Positions 61,861-64,000 of a stretch of 64,000 nt of DNA are shown here, in pieces. This stretch comes from Microthyrium microscopicum (Eukaryota). The notes beneath the pieces were generated by a model. The model saw only the letters and a list, made by a program, of their open reading frames with translations, was not told where the DNA came from and did not search any database. The stretch spans positions 701,481 through 765,480 of the forward strand of contig MU004232.1 in NCBI GenBank assembly GCA_010405405.1, read 5' to 3'. The position numbers were made by a program, and so were the translations under genes. Position 1 is the stretch's first letter; each line of letters opens with the position of its first letter.

Positions 61861-61924
61861 GATACAAGTCCAGAGTGATACAAGTTAAGAGTGATACAAG
61901 TCAAGAGTGATAAAAGTCAAGAGT
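61861..61924. repeat. 16-bp minisatellite GATACAAGTCAAGAGT x4
   Basis: Copies at 61861, 61877, 61893 and 61909, with 0-1 mismatch each. Confidence 0.9.
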
Positions 61925-62196
61925 GGTAATAAGGCTCGTAAGAAAAAGATACTAATAAGGCTGAGATTTCGGGATGTTCATTGGCCAATTCCTGGTCAGA
62001 GTTTGGGTACAAATTACCAGTGAGACGACCCCAGTGTCTTTTCCAATACGTTAGATACGATTAATAATAGGACCAAAAGCTTTCTACGTTTAATTGATAA
62101 TTCTAATATGTGAAATGAGCAGACCGAATACTTCTTTAACCTTTACAAAGAGACCGATTGACTACAAATGTGGCCAATGTAGGCCACGGGTAATAA

Positions 62197-64000
62197 CTAG
62201 TCTATGTTCAAGCGACCAAACTGCTGCTCAATTGACTCTGCTCGCTGCACACCTTCAACAGGTTGATGATGCGCTCCCCCTACATGCTCTCCACACTCTG
62301 GACAGAGAGCTTGTTGCATTGGCATTCCGCATTCACCGACCGTAAACGGATGCCCGTTCACGCACGTATACCAATGTCTATATTGAGATTAGAGCATAGT
62401 CACTAGATGTAAAAGAGAAAGGACTTACCCTGTGCCTAAGAACTCTGTACGCATGGCCTGATACACAGCGCGCATTTCATCGCTTGTCACTGGCTGGTAG
62501 AACACACCGCCGTTGAGAGCTATGTTGACGGCATCGATCATTTCACGTAGACCCGATGTACTGCCAGAAATTTTCTTCATGGCCTCTTCCGCTTCTGTGA
62601 TGTGTTTTTCGCCTTGACCTCGCAGCTCATTGCGCTTGTCGTTTTCCACATAGGACATCCACAGCGCAATATATTGCGCAGCGAAGATATGTCCTTCAGT
62701 GAGTTGAAGTGGCATGAATGCATTTTGAGCGGCAGCAATCAGTTTTTCACAGCCCTCCACGTTGCGCTTCAGGTTTACTGATATGTCTCCCATCAGCGGA
62801 TGCGCAGGACCTTCTTTTCGAACCTCCAACGTGTCTTGAATGAGAAACAGCTCACAGCGAACAAGAAGAGCATGGACTTTGACTTCCATGCCAGTCTGGA
62901 TCAGCTCTGGCTGCATTTTGAGCTCGTCGACAGTTCCACCTTGAGCACGTAAGGTCTCCACTCGATCATGAACACGTTTGAAAGGCTGCTCGTCAACGGA
63001 AACTTGCTTCTTAAATCTCCAGAGCTCGCCGTGAAGCTTCAGCATGTCGGCATGTCGACGAGCACCAAACTTACGGAGCCTATTCATTTGCTGATCCGGA
63101 AGACCCTGAAGAACGATTGGGCCACTGAGATACGGTCGGACATAAGCTGTGATGTCAGAGCCGGCAGCGCTCGGAGTTTTAGCAAGATTGTCTTGTTCGT
63201 CATAATATCGTTCCATGAACCCCGCGAGTTTCGAATTGGAGTCTGAGATGAACTTCTTGGTTACTTCGTCCAGGAAGGCTCGTCGCAGAATTCGCGAATA
63301 TCGGTTGATAGTGCCAAGGAAACCACGACAGTACATGCAAGCCTTCATCTCTTTGACCGAGAAAGGTGTCGATGTAGCGAGAATAGCCTTGATGTTGTGG
63401 CCCTCAACTTCATAATGTGTGCTCATTTCCATCCAGCCGTCCAGCGTCTGCACCGTGTACAGGTGGCCGCAGGGCGCAACAATTACCGGGCTTTCTTCGA
63501 GATTGATCTCCCGGTATGTTCCATGCTCGATTTGATCTACCACTTGATCTTTGACTGTATCCTCGCTACAGACCTGGCAAAACTTCTTGCCTGGACATGG
63601 TTCAGAGCATAGAGACGGACACTGATGGCCACAGTCAAGCAGTTTATCGCATCTCTCGGAGCATGGAAGGTTGTTGCATGGCGCTGCGCAAGGCATGGAG
63701 CAATTGTTGCCATGATCACATCTGTTTGTACAGTCTTCTGCTACGCATGGTGCACATGGAGCAGAGCATGGCTTTGGGCAACGAGAATGTGAACAACGAG
63801 TCGCGCAAGGGGCCTCGCATGGCGGACAAGGAATCTCACCATGACATTTCTTGCGGCAAGAATGACCACAAGCGTAGTCGCGTCCACATACCTTGTCGCA
63901 CTGTGTATGGTCCGTTTTACCGTATTTCTTTCGACACAGGTGACATGCCTTATTGCAGGTATGGCCGCATGGGAGTGGTGTAGAGCAGCGAGCATTGCAT
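62197..64000 (-). CDS. NFX1-type zinc-finger protein, ZNFX1-like (5' part outside the window)
   Basis: Cys-rich repeats (CDKLLDCGHQCPSLCSEPCP) and a C-terminal RZ-like finger GTG|HWYTCVNGHPFTVGECGMPMQQALCPECG. Confidence 0.88.

Overview
This is fungal genomic DNA from a filamentous ascomycete, with mostly ~50-nt GT-AG introns and CTRAC/CTAAY branch points; the class is possibly Dothideomycete, but this is not certain. The backbone is conserved genes: P450, APH-like kinase, THUMP/Tan1, Dam1, Scc3, UreD, eIF3k (hosting an intronic box C/D snoRNA), Tsr4/PDCD2, Mkt1, an AN1 finger, NoxA, Nep1/Emg1, an amino-acid permease, a LysM protein, Cul4, an SGNH hydrolase, a cutinase and a ZNFX1-like gene. 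Three accessory blocks (~13.0-17.1, ~19.9-27.9 and ~30.6-39.4 kb) interrupt it. They carry four small, intron-split CCHC zinc-knuckle genes that the ORF track shows only in fragments, two further Cys/His-finger orphans (one with tandem CstF-64/Rna15 C-terminal-like repeats), a Cys6-cluster orphan, a decayed HET gene and a divergent RID/Masc1-like C5 DNA methyltransferase. Each of the four knuckle genes is accompanied, in its flank or in a long intron, by an array of a palindrome CCATCG-N4-CGATGG. The palindromes repeat at a 19-bp pitch, in clusters 135-154 bp apart (a 291-292-bp higher-order period at 16 kb), and many of the degenerate copies have lost their CpG. I saw no such arrays outside 13-35 kb. 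This knuckle-gene + palindrome-array + methyltransferase association is the main candidate for an undescribed system; its function is inference only.
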